Shown: piece by piece, positions 40,306 through 51,010 of the stretch
Layout: the number at the start of each line of letters is the position of its first letter
Numbering within the stretch: the first letter of the stretch is position 1
Origin: Terriglobia bacterium
Lineage (GTDB): Bacteria > Acidobacteriota > Terriglobia > JAJPHL01 > JAPKYU01
DNA: 64,000 nt
Direction: 5' to 3'
Assembly: GCA_965206645.1 (NCBI GenBank)
Contig: CBDBKE010000002.1
Span: 1-64,000 of the forward strand
Position numbers and translations under genes: made by a program
The notes under the pieces: generated by a model
The model's database searches: none
Seen by the model: only the letters and a program-made list of their open reading frames with translations
What the model was told of the DNA's origin: nothing

Positions 40306-42501
40306 TTGTCCAAATTGTCCAACCACGAGAACCGTCAACCGAATCGACTCGTCGAGGAGAAGAGCCCCTACCTGCTCCAGCATGCATACAATCCAGTGCA
40401 TTGGTACTCATGGAGCGAAGAGGCATTCCGCCAGGCCCGTGAGCAGGACCGTCCCATCTTTCTCTCCGTCGGCTACTCCACCTGCCACTGGTGCCACGTC
40501 ATGGAGCGGGAGTCGTTCGAGGATGCGGAGACAGCTGAGCTGATGAACCGGTGGTTCGTCAACATCAAAGTGGATCGTGAGGAACGCCCCGATGTGGACC
40601 GCGTGTACATGACCTACGTGCAGGCGAGCACCGGCAGCGGGGGCTGGCCGATGTCGGTCTGGCTGACGCCGGACTTGAATCCCTTCTACGGCGGCACGTA
40701 TTTCCCGCCCGAGGACCGCTTTGGACGCCCCGGATTCCGCACCGTGCTGGAGAAAATCGCCGAAGTCTGGCAGCAACAACGCGATGTGGTGGTGCGCTCC
40801 AGTGAAAACATGATCGCGCAGCTGCGCGGGGCGGCGGCCGTCTTTGGGCGGCAACTTGTGGACAGCAGTGTGCTCTACCGCACCTTCAAGATTTTCCAGC
40901 AGGCCTACGACCGCAGGCACGGCGGCTTTGGGGCGGCGCCCAAGTTCCCTCGCCCGGTGACCCATGATTTTCTGCTTCGCTACTTTGCGCGCACCGGCGA
41001 CGAAGAGGCGGCGCGCATGGTGCTGGCTACTCTGTCGGCCATGGCGAAAGGTGGCATGTACGACCACCTGGGCGGCGGCTTTCACCGCTATTCGGTGGAC
41101 GGCTTTTGGCACGTACCGCACTTCGAGAAGATGCTCTACGACCAGGCGCAGCTGGCTGTCAGCTACCTGGAAGGCTACCAGATCAGCCGCGACGAATTCT
41201 TCGCCCGGATCGCGCGGGAGACCATCGAATATGTGCTGCGCGATCTGACTGATCCTGCCTCGGGCGCTTTCTACTCGGCCGAAGATGCCGACAGCCCGCT
41301 GGAAGCCGGGCGCCCCGAACGTGCCGAGGGTGCTTTCTACGTTTGGACGCAGCTGGAAATCGGGCAACTTCTGGGCCCGGACGCCGAATTGTTCAATTCT
41401 CGCTATGGGGTCAAGGCCAAGGGAAACGCCGAAGATCCGCACGGCGAGCTGGCGGGCAAGAATGTGCTGCACGTGATGCGCTCGTTGGAAGAGATGGCGG
41501 CGTCCGGAAGGACGGCGGAGGAGGTGGAGGAGGCGCTGGAGGGAGCCCGCCAGAAGCTGCGGGCGGGTCGCGACCGCCGCCCGCGCCCCCACCTGGACGA
41601 CAAGGTCCTCTGCGCCTGGAATGGTCTAATGATTTCCACGCTGGCGCGGGCATACCAGGTGCTGGGGCACGAGCCCAACGCCTCACGCTACCTGGATGCG
41701 GCGCGCCGGGCAGCACGCTTTCTCACCTCCACCCTTTGGAACGAGCGGGAGGCGACTTTGCACCGGCGCTATCGCGACGGCCAGGTGGCTTTCCAAGGAT
41801 ACCTGGAAGACTACGCGTTCCTGATTCAGGCCCTGCTGGACCTCTACGAAGCCTGCTTTGAACTGGAGTGGCTGCGGTTAGCAAACCGGCTGACCGAGCG
41901 AATGACGGAGTTGTTCTGGGACGCTGAAGGCGGCGGGTTTTTTGCCACTTCAGGCCGCGACCCTTCGGTTCTGCTTCGTTTGAAGGATGACTACGATGGA
42001 GCCGAGCCCTCGGGCAACTCAATCGCAGCGTTGAACCTGCTGCGTCTGGCCGCGATGTTGGACCGTACGGAGTGGCGCCAGAAGGCGGAGCTAACTCTTC
42101 AGGCTTTTTCCGTGCGACTGACCGAAGCACCCCAGGCGCTGCCTCAGATGCTGGTCGCCTTCGCCTTTCAGCAAGATGAGCCAACGCAGATCGTTATTGC
42201 CGGCGAGCGCGATGATCCGCACACGCGGGCCTTGCTGCGCGTGGTGCACGAGCGGTTTCTCCCGAACAAGGTGCTGCTGCTGGCGGACGCGATGGCGCGT
42301 GCTGAACTGAGCTCCACCCTCCCTTTTCTGGCTGCCATGACTCCACGCAATAGCCGGTCCACCGCCTACGTCTGCCGGCACTACGCCTGCGAACATCCGG
42401 TGGACGAGCCTGCCGCGCTGTCTGAGTTGCTGGGCAACCCTCCCGGAGCTCTCCGCCCTGTATCACCTGGATCATGGGCCGGCAACCCTCGGAAAACATA
42501 A
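40306..42501 (+). CDS. Thioredoxin-domain protein, YyaL/SSP411 family
   Basis: [49 protein letters not shown]. Confidence 0.95.
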   Translation: MSKLSNHENRQPNRLVEEKSPYLLQHAYNPVHWYSWSEEAFRQAREQDRPIFLSVGYSTCHWCHVMERESFEDAETAELMNRWFVNIKVDREERPDVDRVYMTYVQASTGSGGWPMSVWLTPDLNPFYGGTYFPPEDRFGRPGFRTVLEKIAEVWQQQRDVVVRSSENMIAQLRGAAAVFGRQLVDSSVLYRTFKIFQQAYDRRHGGFGAAPKFPRPVTHDFLLRYFARTGDEEAARMVLATLSAMAKGGMYDHLGGGFHRYSVDGFWHVPHFEKMLYDQAQLAVSYLEGYQISRDEFFARIARETIEYVLRDLTDPASGAFYSAEDADSPLEAGRPERAEGAFYVWTQLEIGQLLGPDAELFNSRYGVKAKGNAEDPHGELAGKNVLHVMRSLEEMAASGRTAEEVEEALEGARQKLRAGRDRRPRPHLDDKVLCAWNGLMISTLARAYQVLGHEPNASRYLDAARRAARFLTSTLWNEREATLHRRYRDGQVAFQGYLEDYAFLIQALLDLYEACFELEWLRLANRLTERMTELFWDAEGGGFFATSGRDPSVLLRLKDDYDGAEPSGNSIAALNLLRLAAMLDRTEWRQKAELTLQAFSVRLTEAPQALPQMLVAFAFQQDEPTQIVIAGERDDPHTRALLRVVHERFLPNKVLLLADAMARAELSSTLPFLAAMTPRNSRSTAYVCRHYACEHPVDEPAALSELLGNPPGALRPVSPGSWAGNPRKT

Positions 42502-42602
42502 TGACTGCCCTGGAACGTAAGAGAATCGCAAAAAAAGCCGTGCGCGCCAGGTGGGAGAAAGCGAAGAAACAGAAACCCAAAGACCCTACAGGGACAAAGT
42601 GA
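42501..42602 (+). pseudogene. Remnant of the 'histone H1-like' basic protein family
   Basis: [23 protein letters not shown], similar to the C-terminus of 19192-19446. Confidence 0.6.
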
Positions 42603-43064
42603 ACTGGCCTGCTGGGCCGTTGTAGAAGAGGTTGCAATTCTGTAGAACATCGCGCCCGATGAGAACCAACAGACCTTGAGCCACCAATGCCGCTCCCATC
42701 GTGCGTGGGGAGTTAAAGTTCACTATAGGCGTGTTGATCAGCACGGGGTAAATATTACACGGAACCTTTTCGTGGCTTGCCGATAGCATAGTGCCGTGTC
42801 AATCACTGGAAGGCCTAGCTCCTGGGCTGCTTTCTCGTCTATGCAGGTGTTCGATGCACCCGTATCTATCAAGGCTAGACCGGCCCTGGGCTCGGGAACG
42901 GCCTTCCCTTGACTCATCAGCGCCTTGCCTGCATTCTGCTCAATGGTGACGGTGACCTGTAGCACAGGGCCGCGCACCCGGAGCGCTACTACGGGGGGTA
43001 TATCGACGGTTTTACCATCGGGTGTTTTTCCTTGTGCTCTTGTCTCACTGTGGAGAATCGGCAC
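42586..43064 (-). pseudogene. Retropepsin-like aspartyl protease, frameshifted at ~42790
   Basis: ALIDTGASNTCID...LGLP, then LIGRDVLQ in the next frame. Confidence 0.85.
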
Positions 43065-44542
43065 TGAGAATCCCCAACTTTTGAGCTGGCGCAGAAAACT
43101 CGATCTGCGCTTCGGACGGACGCCTGATGAGAACGCTGGTCAATCCGTGTTTCCCAACGGCACCCTGTAGTGCCTCTTCCATCGTATCGAACGCACCTGA
43201 AACTTCCTCTCCGAGGATTGACCTGACCTGCACTTTTTGTACCAAGTGGAAAGAGAGAGAATCCACTTGAGAAGGAAGTGAGGTCATGCCGACAAGGAGT
43301 TACAAGCCGGAGCAGATTGTAGCGGTGCTACGGCAGATAGAAGTGCAGATGGGGAACGGGAAGACTGCGCCCCAAGCCTGCAAAGAAGCTGGAATCCACA
43401 CCCAAACCTACTACCGGTGGCGGAAGGAATACGGCGGGCTGAAGGTGGTGCAGGCAAAACGGCTGAAGGAGTTGGAGAAGGAAAACACGCGGCTGAAGCG
43501 GTTGGTAGCGGAGCTTTCTCTGGAGAAGCAGGTGCTGCGGGATGTGGCACAGGGAAACTTCTGAGCCCTGAGCGGCGGCGTTGTGCGGTGGAGCGTGCGT
43601 GGGAGCAACACGGGTTGTCGGAACGGCATGCCTGCCGGCTGCTGGGGCAATGGCGAGGGACACAACGATACGAGCCGATTCATCGGGTGGACGAGGATGC
43701 TCTGACCCGAGCGATCATTGCCCTGGGAGCGAAGTACGGGCGATATGGCTACCGGAGGATCACAGCGTTGCTGCGGAGTGCGGGCTGGGAAGTGGGCAAG
43801 GACCGGGTGCAGCGGATTTGGCGGCGGGAAGGGCTGAAAGTGCCGCAAAAACAAAGGCCGCGAGGACGGCTGTGGCTGAACGACGGTTCCTGTGTACGAC
43901 TGAGGCCGGAGCGACCGAACCACGTGTGGAGCTACGACTTCATGAGTGCCAGAACGCACGAGGGGAGAACGCTGCGGCTGCTGACCTTGCTGGATGAGTA
44001 CACGCGGGAATGCCTGGCGATCCGGGTGGAGCGGAGGATGGGCAGCCAACAAATCATTGAGGCGTTGTCGGACGTGATGTTGTGGCGAGGGATACCGGAA
44101 CAGATTCGATCCGACAATGGTCCCGAGTTCATCGCCAAACAACTGCGCCAGTGGTTGGCAAATCTAGGGACCGGGACACTGTACATCGAACCGGGCAGTC
44201 CCTGGGAGAACGGGTACTGCGAGAGTTTCAATGGGAAGCTGCGGGACGAATGCCTGAATGGAGAGATCTTCTACTCGTTGAAGGAGGCACAGGTGGTGAT
44301 TGAACAGTGGAGGGTGCAATACAACACGGTGCGGCCGCACTCGGCGCTCGGCTATAGGCCCCCGGCGCCGGGGGCCTATAGCCCTCCCCTGCCACTGAAA
44401 CCAGTTTCACAGCCCCAGGCTGCGATGTGAACTCTCACTACGGTTGGTACAAAAAATCGGTCTGGTCATTTCCGCCATACTGCTTTAGCAGTTCGTCCCG
44501 ATGGGAATCCAGATACTTGCGCTCTTTTTCCAGGGCTGGCAT
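43045..44542 (-). pseudogene. Small DUF5678-like protein split by IS3
   Basis: MPALEKERKYLDSHRDELLKQYGG | ILGEEVSGAFDTMEEALQGAV. Confidence 0.7.
43219..44468 (+). mobile_element. Complete IS3-family element (orfA 43286-43564, orfB ending at 44430)
   Basis: Near-identical inverted copy of 28925-30174. Confidence 0.95.
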
Positions 44543-44610
44543 AGCTCGCACCTCTCTGGGAATAAAACAGACTACCGTAGCAGTATACTGCAAAAGCAAG
44601 CAACTGCTTA

Positions 44611-44736
44611 ATGCGGATTCAGCTTGACGGGCTATGGGCATTCAACTATTGCGAGCAGAAGAACCTCACAGAAGAGATTGGCTCAAGGATTCCTGGCGCT
44701 GACGACGTGTGGTTATGGGTTGCGATAGATGCCGGA
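44611..44736 (+). pseudogene. IS1-like transposase fragment
   Basis: IQLDGLWAFNYCEQKN...DVWLWVAIDA aligns with IQVDEIWSFVGAKDKN...SVWTWVALDA at ~17455-17565. Confidence 0.75.
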
Positions 44737-44887
44737 TTCCCGCAGCTTAAAGCAGGCTCGTCGAAAAAAAGTCGCCGGCTCCGCAAGAAGAAGCCGCAGC
44801 GTCGACCCTGTAACTCTTTGAAAGCAAAGCGTGTATGGAAATGCGCAGCGGATCTATGCTAGCCTAGTTTCGGGTTAGCCTAGGGGC

Positions 44888-45208
44888 AGCGAACATCGCA
44901 AGCAATCCCGCCTGAGCGTCAGCATGCAGGCGCTGATCAAAGGCACAGACCGCTTAGGGAGCCCTTTCGATGAAGCCGCCAGCTCGGAGAATATCAGCCG
45001 AGGCGGACTGGCATTTCTCACCAAGCGCGAATTGGAGCCGGGAGCCGAACTCGACATCGTGATTCCCCGGCCGCACATCGGCCCGCGCGAGCAGGCCCCC
45101 TTCTTCACCACAGGAAAGATCATTCGGATTCTGCCGGAAGGCGATGAATTTCGCATCGCCGTCGAGTTTATCGGACCTCAGTTCCGCACGTTTGTAAAAG
45201 AAACGTAG
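44888..45208 (+). CDS. PilZ-domain protein (5' end uncertain)
   Basis: EHRKQSR (RxxxR), ENISRGG, IAVEF. Confidence 0.75.
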   Translation, partial: SEHRKQSRLSVSMQALIKGTDRLGSPFDEAASSENISRGGLAFLTKRELEPGAELDIVIPRPHIGPREQAPFFTTGKIIRILPEGDEFRIAVEFIGPQFRTFVKET

Positions 45209-45338
45209 TCGCATGTCCCCGAAAAGCCCTGTCTCTGAAAACCCCGTTTCTGAAAACGTTGGATCACGCACCTGTAAGACAGAACATCTGGGACGAAGAG
45301 GGGCGCCTGCTACTTCGGGCGAAACAGGAACAGCGCGG

Positions 45339-46226
45339 TTATTCTCCCCTCTCGTACTTCTGGTACGCCTGACGCTTGGAAATGCCTTGTTCCCGGGCCA
45401 CCCTCTTGAGCGCGGCCATCCGGTCCAGCCTTTCCTCTCGCATGATTTGCTCGACGCGCTGACGCAACGGCATCCGAGCCATGGGCCGGGGCTGCTTCTC
45501 TGCGCCGCGGATCAGCAAGGTGATTTCACCCTGCGCCTGACCCCGTTGGTGGAACTGCTCCAGCACTTCCAGGCAGTGCCCCCGTAGGAATTCCTCGTGC
45601 ACTTTGGTTAACTCGCGGGCCACCACGACCTGCCGGTTTCCCAGCACCTGATGGACGTCCTGGAGCGCCTCCAGGATGCGATGCGGAGCCTCGTAAAAGA
45701 TGAGCGTCTTGCGCTCCTCCCCGTACTCCTGGAGCATTTTGCGCCGCTGGATGCCTTTGGCCGGTAGGAAGCCGCCGAAGCGAAAGGCATCGGTCGGCAA
45801 GCCGGAGACCACCAGGGCAGCCACGACGGCGGAGGCCCCCGGAATGGGAATCACCGGGATATGGTGGCGGATACACAGTGCGATGAGCCGGTAGCCGGGG
45901 TCGGAGAGGCCGGGCATGCCGGCGTCGCTCACCAGGGCAACCCGGGCTCCCTGCTCCAGCTCCAGGATCAGTTCCGCTGCCTTGGTCAGCTCATTGTGCT
46001 CGTGGTAGCTGGTGGTGGGTGTGCTCAAGTGGTAGTGTCGAAGCAGCTGCTGCGTCCGGCGGGTGTCCTCACACGCCACCAAGTCCACTTCCTTGAGCGT
46101 TTTCAGAGCCCGCAGCGTGATGTCCTCCAGGTTGCCGATGGGGGTGCCCACGACGTACAGGACTCCCGCGAGCTGCTCGCTCAGCTTGCGTTCAGCTTCC
46201 GGACTCGGTTTGCGTCTCGGCTTCAT
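45339..46226 (-). CDS. rsmI: 16S rRNA C1402 2'-O-methyltransferase
   Basis: LYVVGTPIGNLEDIT.RA, CEDTRRT, VSDAGMP.LSDPG, RELTK.HEE. Confidence 0.96.
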   Translation of the reverse strand: MKPRRKPSPEAERKLSEQLAGVLYVVGTPIGNLEDITLRALKTLKEVDLVACEDTRRTQQLLRHYHLSTPTTSYHEHNELTKAAELILELEQGARVALVSDAGMPGLSDPGYRLIALCIRHHIPVIPIPGASAVVAALVVSGLPTDAFRFGGFLPAKGIQRRKMLQEYGEERKTLIFYEAPHRILEALQDVHQVLGNRQVVVARELTKVHEEFLRGHCLEVLEQFHQRGQAQGEITLLIRGAEKQPRPMARMPLRQRVEQIMREERLDRMAALKRVAREQGISKRQAYQKYERGE

Positions 46227-46339
46227 TCCACCCACAATGCCTCGCCAGAGTGACACCGACAATCCGCCCGCCTACTGGAATTAGCCGACGGAGCGATCCC
46301 ATGGCTATCATCCTACCTCACGGGCTACCCCGCGGGCCG

Positions 46340-47362
46340 CTAATTGCCGATGTAGCGCGCGTAGAGGCTCCGTGCCACACCGGGATCGGTGGTCCCTTTG
46401 ATGATCGCACGCCCGTCGGGAAACAGCGTCATCTCGTAAGGCGCGACATCGAACTTCAGCACAAACTCGTTGTAACGTACTCGGCCCAGCGGCTTCAGGC
46501 GGGCGCTCAACAGGCCAAAATTCAGGGGGCGCGCTCGCTCGTGGATCTGCACTGAATTGCGGCCACACAGGGTAATGTGGGCACGGCGCTCGCCGGCCAG
46601 GTGGCGGAATTGCCGGCCCCCGCAAACCTGGCAGCCGGCTACCGGCGAGCCCACGCGCAGCGTGCGCACCCGGTTTTCCCATACGTCCACGGTGAACAAG
46701 CGCGCTTCCACCCGCTCCAGCGCTCCGCTCAGCACCTTAAGGGCGTCGGCTACCTGGAGGGAGGCCACAGCAGCCGCTGCGCTGCTGAGGATGCCTGCCG
46801 TCTCGCAAGTTTCTCCGGCGCCCGCGGGAGGCTCTGGGAACAGGCAGGCCAGGCAGGCGGTGCGGCCCGGCAGTACCGGCATCGTCGCGCCGTAGCTGCC
46901 CACTGCAGCCGCGTAGATCCAGGGAACCCCCAGCTTGACGCAGGCGTCATTGATTAAGTAACGGGTCTCAAAATTGTCGGTGCCATCCAGGACGACGTCC
47001 GCTCCTGAGACCAGTTCCTCGACGTTGTCGGGCGTGACGTCAGCCACGCGACCTTCCACGACGACGTCGGAATTGATCCGGCGCAGGTGCCGTTGGGCTG
47101 CAGTCGCCTTGGGCAGCGACTCGAGGGCATCGGCCTCGTCGAACAACATCTGGCGCTGCAAATTGCTGGGTTCCACGAAATCGCGGTCCACCACAGTGAG
47201 GCGGCCCACGCCAGCACGGACCAGGGCATTGGCGCTGAAGCTGCCCAGCGCGCCGCAGCCGACAACCAGCGCGCGCGACTCGTGCAAGCGCCGCTGTCCT
47301 TCGACTCCCAAGCCTGCAAACAACACCTGGCGCGAGTATTTTTCTCCCGCGACATCTGGCAC
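46340..47362 (-). CDS. ThiF/MoeB-family adenylyltransferase
   Basis: YSRQ, GCGALG, DRDFVE.SNLQRQ, DNFETR, CxxC twice; TATAAT just upstream of the GTG. Confidence 0.92.
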   Translation of the reverse strand: MPDVAGEKYSRQVLFAGLGVEGQRRLHESRALVVGCGALGSFSANALVRAGVGRLTVVDRDFVEPSNLQRQMLFDEADALESLPKATAAQRHLRRINSDVVVEGRVADVTPDNVEELVSGADVVLDGTDNFETRYLINDACVKLGVPWIYAAAVGSYGATMPVLPGRTACLACLFPEPPAGAGETCETAGILSSAAAAVASLQVADALKVLSGALERVEARLFTVDVWENRVRTLRVGSPVAGCQVCGGRQFRHLAGERRAHITLCGRNSVQIHERARPLNFGLLSARLKPLGRVRYNEFVLKFDVAPYEMTLFPDGRAIIKGTTDPGVARSLYARYIGN

Positions 47363-47459
47363 GGGACTATTATACTTCTTGAAGAGACTGCGGGGCCGTC
47401 CCGGCGTTGGCAACGCGGCTGGCCGCATCGTGGTGCGAGTTTCTCCGGCCCAACCAAGA

Positions 47460-50360
47460 ATGGTGCTCCCTTGGATATCAAGGTTGCTCTTCGTCTCCCT
47501 TTTGCTAGCCGGGTCGGTTTTCGCGGACGAACTGCAAGGACTGCCCGTCCGCGAAATCCGCATCGAGACCCAGGCGGCTCTGGACAAGCAGCGCCTACAG
47601 GAATTGCTGGCCATCCAACGCGACGATGTGTACAGCGTGGGTAAGGTCCGCCAGAGCATCCAGCGGCTTTACGCGACCGGGCGTTTTCTCGATATCCAGG
47701 TGGACGCCCAACGGCAGGCGGATGGCCTCACCCTGACCTTCATCACCAGGGAAAACTACTTCGTGGGGGGTGTCTTCGTCGAAGGCGTCCAAGGGCCCCC
47801 GAACCGCGGGCAACTGGTCAACAGCACCAGGTTGCAGTTCGGTGAGCTGTGGACAGAGGGAAAGCACGCGCGGGCCATCCAAGGCCTGCGCCGGTTGCTC
47901 CAAGAGCATGGCTTTTACCAGGCAGGCATCGAGCCTCGGGTGCAATTGCATCCTGAAATCCAGCAGGTGGATCTCCATTTTCAAGTCCAAGCGGGCGAGC
48001 GAGCGCGCATCTCCCAAGTGCAGGTCACGGGCACGCCCCGCTTCCCACCGGAAAAGATCCTGCACGCTGCCAAGCTCAAGCCGGGTCAAGAAGTGACCCC
48101 GGAGCGACTCCAAAAGGCGCTCCGCCGTCTGCGAAAGCACTACAGGAAGAGAAAATACCTGGAAGCGGAAATTGCCATCGTCGAGCGGCGCTACCTTCCC
48201 CAGGAAAACGGGGTGCTGCTGGTGCTGGAAGTCAACGGGGGGCCCCAGGTCGAGGTCAATGTCGTCGGCGCCAAGCTATCTGGCAACAAGCGCCGCGAGC
48301 TGCTTCCCATCTACACCGAGGGCGTCGTAGACGCCGATCTGGTGCGTGAAGGTAAAAACAACTTGCTGGACTTCTACCAGCGCCAGGGCCACTTCGACGT
48401 CAGCGTGGAGGCACATACCCACTCGGAAGCCGGCAGCCCGGAAGCCGGCGGGGAAAAGATGGTGGTGGAATATCACGTCGAGCCCGGTCCCGACCATAAG
48501 GTGGAGCTGCTGGAGATCAGCGGAAATCGTTACTTCGACACGCCGACGCTCCGGGAACGTATGTTTGTGACGGAGAAGGGGCTGATGAGTGACGGCCGCT
48601 TTAGCGGCGATCTGCTGAAAAAGGATGTGATGGCAATCCGGAACCTGTATGTGGCCAACGGGTTCCGCAACGTGCGGGTCACTTCCGGTGTACAGGACGA
48701 CTATCAGGACAAGCAGGGGCACCTCGCTGTCCGGCTTCGTGTGGAAGAAGGTCCGCAGACGCTGGTGCGGAAGCTAACCATCAAGGGCGCCCTGGAAATC
48801 CCCGCCGAGGAGTTGCGAGGCTTGGTGGCCTGCGCCGACGGTCAGCCGTTTAGCGACTTCAATGTCCGGCTGGACCGAGCCAACGTGCTGAGCCAGTACT
48901 TCAACCGTGGCTTCCCCGAGGCCACCTTCAACTGGGAAGTCCAACCGGTCGAGGGCGGACAGGAACAGGTTGACCTGATTTACAAGATTTCCGAGGGGCC
49001 ACGGCAGTACATCGAACAGGTGTTGATCAGCGGACTCGACACCACGCGCAGCTACATTGTGGACCAGCAGCTTTTGCTAAAAGAGGGTGAGCCGCTCAGC
49101 CAATCAGACATCCTGGAGACCCAGCGCCGGCTCTATGACCTGGGCATCTTTGAAAAGGTCGAAATTGCAGTGCAGAACCGGGAGGGAAAGGAGCGATTCA
49201 AGAACGCCCTGGTGCAGGTCGAAGAGGGGGGGCGCTACACTGTATCGGTGGGGGGCGGCGGCGATGTTGCCCGCTTCGGCGCCGCAACCGAGGGGGTGAC
49301 CGATCCAGAAGGGCGAGCCGGCATCAGCCCGCTGGTCTCGTTTGAGGTCACCCGGCTGAATTTTCGCGGCCGCAACCACACGCTCTCGTTCAAGTCGCGC
49401 CTAAGCCGACTTCAGGAGCGCGCCCTGTTCAGTTACACGGCCCCGCGCTTCTGGCACTCACCGCGCCTGACGTTGCTGTTTAGCGGGTTCGTGGAGCGTA
49501 GCTTTGACGTGCTGACATTTGCGTCACCGCGGCTCGAAGGCTCTGTCGCCCTGCAGCAGAAACGGGGTCGCAGCGACACGCTGCTCTATCGCTATAGCTA
49601 CCGCCGGGTGGAGGCCGAGCGTGATACGCTAAAGGTGTCCGTCCAGGATATCCCGCTGTTTGCCCGACCGGTGCGGGTGGGGATGCTGGGCGCCAGCTTC
49701 GTGCGCGACCGCCGCAACGATCCGACGGAGTCCAGACGCGGCAGCTTCCTCACCATGGATGCCGGTTTGTCTTCCTCCCTAGTAGGCAGTGAAGCTAATT
49801 TTGTTCGCTTCCTGGGCCAGTTCAGCACATACCACGCACTGGGACCCAATCTGGTGCTGGCTCGCAACACGCGGTTCGGCGTGGCTGACCCGTTTGGGAA
49901 GTCACGTCAGGTCTTGAACGAACTAGGCGAGCCAGACATCCCATTGCCGGAAAGATTTTTCAGTGGTGGTGGGAATTCACATCGAGGCTTCGGCATCAAC
50001 CAGGCTGGGCCCCGCGACCTCGAGACCGGGTTTCCAATAGGAGGCCGCGCCCTGTTGCTGAACAGCCTGGAGCTGCGCTTTCCCCTCCTGGGCCAGACCA
50101 TCGGCGGCGTCCTCTTCCACGATATGGGGAATGTATTCGCCAGGCTGGACGACATCAGCTTCCGTGTCAAGCAACGCGATCTCACCGATTTCAGCTACAT
50201 GGTGCACGCGGTGGGCACCGGGCTGCGCTACAAAACTCCCATCGGACCGCTGCGCCTGGACTTGGCCTGGAGCATCAACCCTCCGGCCTTTGTGGGATCA
50301 ACGGGCACGGGTCGCCTGAACAATTTCCAGTTCTTTTTCTCGATCGGGCAGACTTTCTGA
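47460..50360 (+). CDS. Omp85-family outer-membrane protein (BamA/TamA-like, multiple POTRA domains)
   Basis: POTRA repeats, ERFFSGGGNSHRGF, G.GLRYKTPIGPLRLD, FFSIGQTF. Confidence 0.9.
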   Translation: MVLPWISRLLFVSLLLAGSVFADELQGLPVREIRIETQAALDKQRLQELLAIQRDDVYSVGKVRQSIQRLYATGRFLDIQVDAQRQADGLTLTFITRENYFVGGVFVEGVQGPPNRGQLVNSTRLQFGELWTEGKHARAIQGLRRLLQEHGFYQAGIEPRVQLHPEIQQVDLHFQVQAGERARISQVQVTGTPRFPPEKILHAAKLKPGQEVTPERLQKALRRLRKHYRKRKYLEAEIAIVERRYLPQENGVLLVLEVNGGPQVEVNVVGAKLSGNKRRELLPIYTEGVVDADLVREGKNNLLDFYQRQGHFDVSVEAHTHSEAGSPEAGGEKMVVEYHVEPGPDHKVELLEISGNRYFDTPTLRERMFVTEKGLMSDGRFSGDLLKKDVMAIRNLYVANGFRNVRVTSGVQDDYQDKQGHLAVRLRVEEGPQTLVRKLTIKGALEIPAEELRGLVACADGQPFSDFNVRLDRANVLSQYFNRGFPEATFNWEVQPVEGGQEQVDLIYKISEGPRQYIEQVLISGLDTTRSYIVDQQLLLKEGEPLSQSDILETQRRLYDLGIFEKVEIAVQNREGKERFKNALVQVEEGGRYTVSVGGGGDVARFGAATEGVTDPEGRAGISPLVSFEVTRLNFRGRNHTLSFKSRLSRLQERALFSYTAPRFWHSPRLTLLFSGFVERSFDVLTFASPRLEGSVALQQKRGRSDTLLYRYSYRRVEAERDTLKVSVQDIPLFARPVRVGMLGASFVRDRRNDPTESRRGSFLTMDAGLSSSLVGSEANFVRFLGQFSTYHALGPNLVLARNTRFGVADPFGKSRQVLNELGEPDIPLPERFFSGGGNSHRGFGINQAGPRDLETGFPIGGRALLLNSLELRFPLLGQTIGGVLFHDMGNVFARLDDISFRVKQRDLTDFSYMVHAVGTGLRYKTPIGPLRLDLAWSINPPAFVGSTGTGRLNNFQFFFSIGQTF

Positions 50361-51004
50361 TGAAACGTCGCGCTCTCCCAATGACCCTCCTGCTCCTCAT
50401 CCTGCTGCCGAGCGGAGCGCTTCCGGTCATCGTGGACCGGATCGTGGCCACCCTGGGAGAACGGATCGTCACCCTCAGCGATGTCTGGGAAGACTACCGA
50501 ATCAAGAGCCTGCTGGAACAGCTGCCGGCGGAGCCCCTGGACGACGCTCACATCCGCATCATTGCTGAGCGCCTAGTGGACCAGGCGCTGCTCAAGCAGG
50601 AGATGGAAACCAGCCGCTTCCCGGAGGTCCCGGCAGCCGAGGTGGAAAGACGCATGGCGGAAATTCGGAGGGGCTTCGCCGGCAACGGGACTTTCCAGCG
50701 CGCCCTGCAAGAATATGAGCTGGGAGAAGCGCAGGTCCGCCGGCGTGTCGCTCTCGGGACCCGGATTCTTCGCTTTATTGACTTCCGTTTCCGGCCAGGA
50801 GTGCAGGTGGATGAGGCGGGAATCGAACGTTATTACCGCGAAATGTTGCTGCCGGATTTGCGCGCCCGGCAAGTTCGGGAACTGCCGCGGCTGGCCGAGG
50901 TGAAGCAACGCATCGAGGAGATTCTGGTCGAGCAGCGCATCAACCAGCGCTACTCCAGCTGGATTAAGGATCTGCGGGAGCAGGTGCCCATCCAGTTTCG
51001 ATAA
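50360..51004 (+). CDS. SurA N-terminal-domain chaperone-like protein
   Basis: VDRIVAT..ERIVTLSD, ERLVDQALL, WIKDLREQ. Confidence 0.75.
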   Translation: MKRRALPMTLLLLILLPSGALPVIVDRIVATLGERIVTLSDVWEDYRIKSLLEQLPAEPLDDAHIRIIAERLVDQALLKQEMETSRFPEVPAAEVERRMAEIRRGFAGNGTFQRALQEYELGEAQVRRRVALGTRILRFIDFRFRPGVQVDEAGIERYYREMLLPDLRARQVRELPRLAEVKQRIEEILVEQRINQRYSSWIKDLREQVPIQFR

Positions 51005-51010
51005 GCCTTC

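Noticed and set aside
40408-41592. Long antisense ORFs (also 10064-11248, 13285-14241, 55928-56872)
   Set aside because: Shadow frames of well-supported genes in high-GC DNA.
28925-44468. Inversion or composite transposon between the two inverted near-identical IS3 copies
   Set aside because: The flanks show no shared or swapped target duplication, and the DUF5678-like gene is collinear across the right copy.
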